The notes beneath the pieces are model-generated. The model made no database searches, was not told where the DNA came from, and was given only the letters and a program-made list of their open reading frames with translations. The position numbers and the translations under genes are program-made. Shown in pieces: positions 63,576-64,000 of a stretch of DNA of 64,000 bases; within the stretch, counting starts at the first letter, position 1; every line of letters begins with the position of its first letter. Source of the stretch: a virus (lineage: Duplodnaviria; Caudoviricetes); IMG/VR virus record IMGVR_UViG_3300029297_000002, positions 5,586 to 69,585 of that record; one strand, 5' to 3'.

Positions 63576-64000
63576 ATGGAAAATAAAAATATCCTTACAG
63601 ACCAAGAGATACTTTTCTGTGACCTCTATGCAAATGGAGAAGCGCCTTATGGTGGTAATGCGGCAAAGTGCTATCAGGAAGTATTTGGCGATAGAACACA
63701 TCGTGCAAAAGGTCTTGCCATTCGTATGTTAGCTCGTCCTGAGATTCAAGAATACTTGAAGTCTCTTGACGAGCTTCCGTATGAAGAGGCTAAATATATG
63801 AAAACATTCTTGCGCGAGAACCTTGTAAGCATCATCAAAGAATGTGCAAGTGCTGAATATAGAGACCGAAAAGGTACATTACAATCCCCAGCCGCCCTTC
63901 GTAGCGTAGCGGTCAATGCCTCCAAAGCATTGATGGATTTGTACCCTGTCAAAGAAGCTCATGTTAGTAAAATCAATATCGATGGTGCTGGAGAAGGTGG
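63576..64000 (+). CDS. Terminase small subunit-like protein, partial (runs off window edge)
   Basis: Not in the ORF track. Manual translation MENKNILTDQEILFCDLYANGEAPYGGNAAKCY..RMLARPEIQEYL resembles the TerS HTH pattern; open to the window end. Confidence 0.7.
   Translation, partial: MENKNILTDQEILFCDLYANGEAPYGGNAAKCYQEVFGDRTHRAKGLAIRMLARPEIQEYLKSLDELPYEEAKYMKTFLRENLVSIIKECASAEYRDRKGTLQSPAALRSVAVNASKALMDLYPVKEAHVSKINIDGAGEG

Noticed and set aside
347-63952. Numerous short antisense or nested ORFs in the six-frame track
   Set aside because: They lie within well-supported genes and have no recognisable motifs, so they are treated as shadow ORFs.
1-64000. tRNA, rRNA, CRISPR arrays, IS elements, alternative genetic code, second VR
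   Set aside because: No cloverleaf, spaced repeat array or transposase was seen by eye. Genes tile densely under the standard code, with TAA, TAG and TGA all used as stops. No other ORF ends in a VR-like sequence. A computational scan could still find weak cases.

Overview
This window is part of a large contractile-tailed (myovirus-type) phage or prophage. It probably infects a Bacteroidales host, judging by TAnnTTTG promoters, A-rich start contexts and anaerobic NrdDG. From left to right it holds five blocks. (1) A leftward block (1-4313): partial tyrosine recombinase, NAD-dependent DNA ligase, dUTPase and small proteins. (2) A rightward morphogenesis region (4561-43365): Mu-like portal and gpF, ClpP-type protease/scaffold, capsid, sheath, tube, chaperone, tape measure, baseplate and several fibre-like genes. 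It contains a complete diversity-generating retroelement (DGR: 2186-aa target, VR, hairpin, Avd, TR, RT). (3) Nucleotide metabolism genes (ThyX-like, NrdD, NrdG). (4) A recombination/replication operon: SSB-like, SbcD/SbcC-like, RuvC-like, ECF sigma, helicase, primase, split DnaE, PIF1-like helicase, kinase and DEDDh exonuclease. (5) A partial terminase small subunit. The three most unusual observations are: a DnaE polymerase split through its active-site region, each half carrying a catalytically degenerate split-intein-like (Hint) fragment, with a PIF1-like helicase gene in between; an apparent programmed -1 frameshift (A AAT TTT plus a 10-bp hairpin) that would fuse the portal to gpF; and a recurring CTATTCTT motif ahead of structural genes that may be the late promoter of the phage sigma factor. 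All product calls come from recognising motifs by eye. No database search was run.
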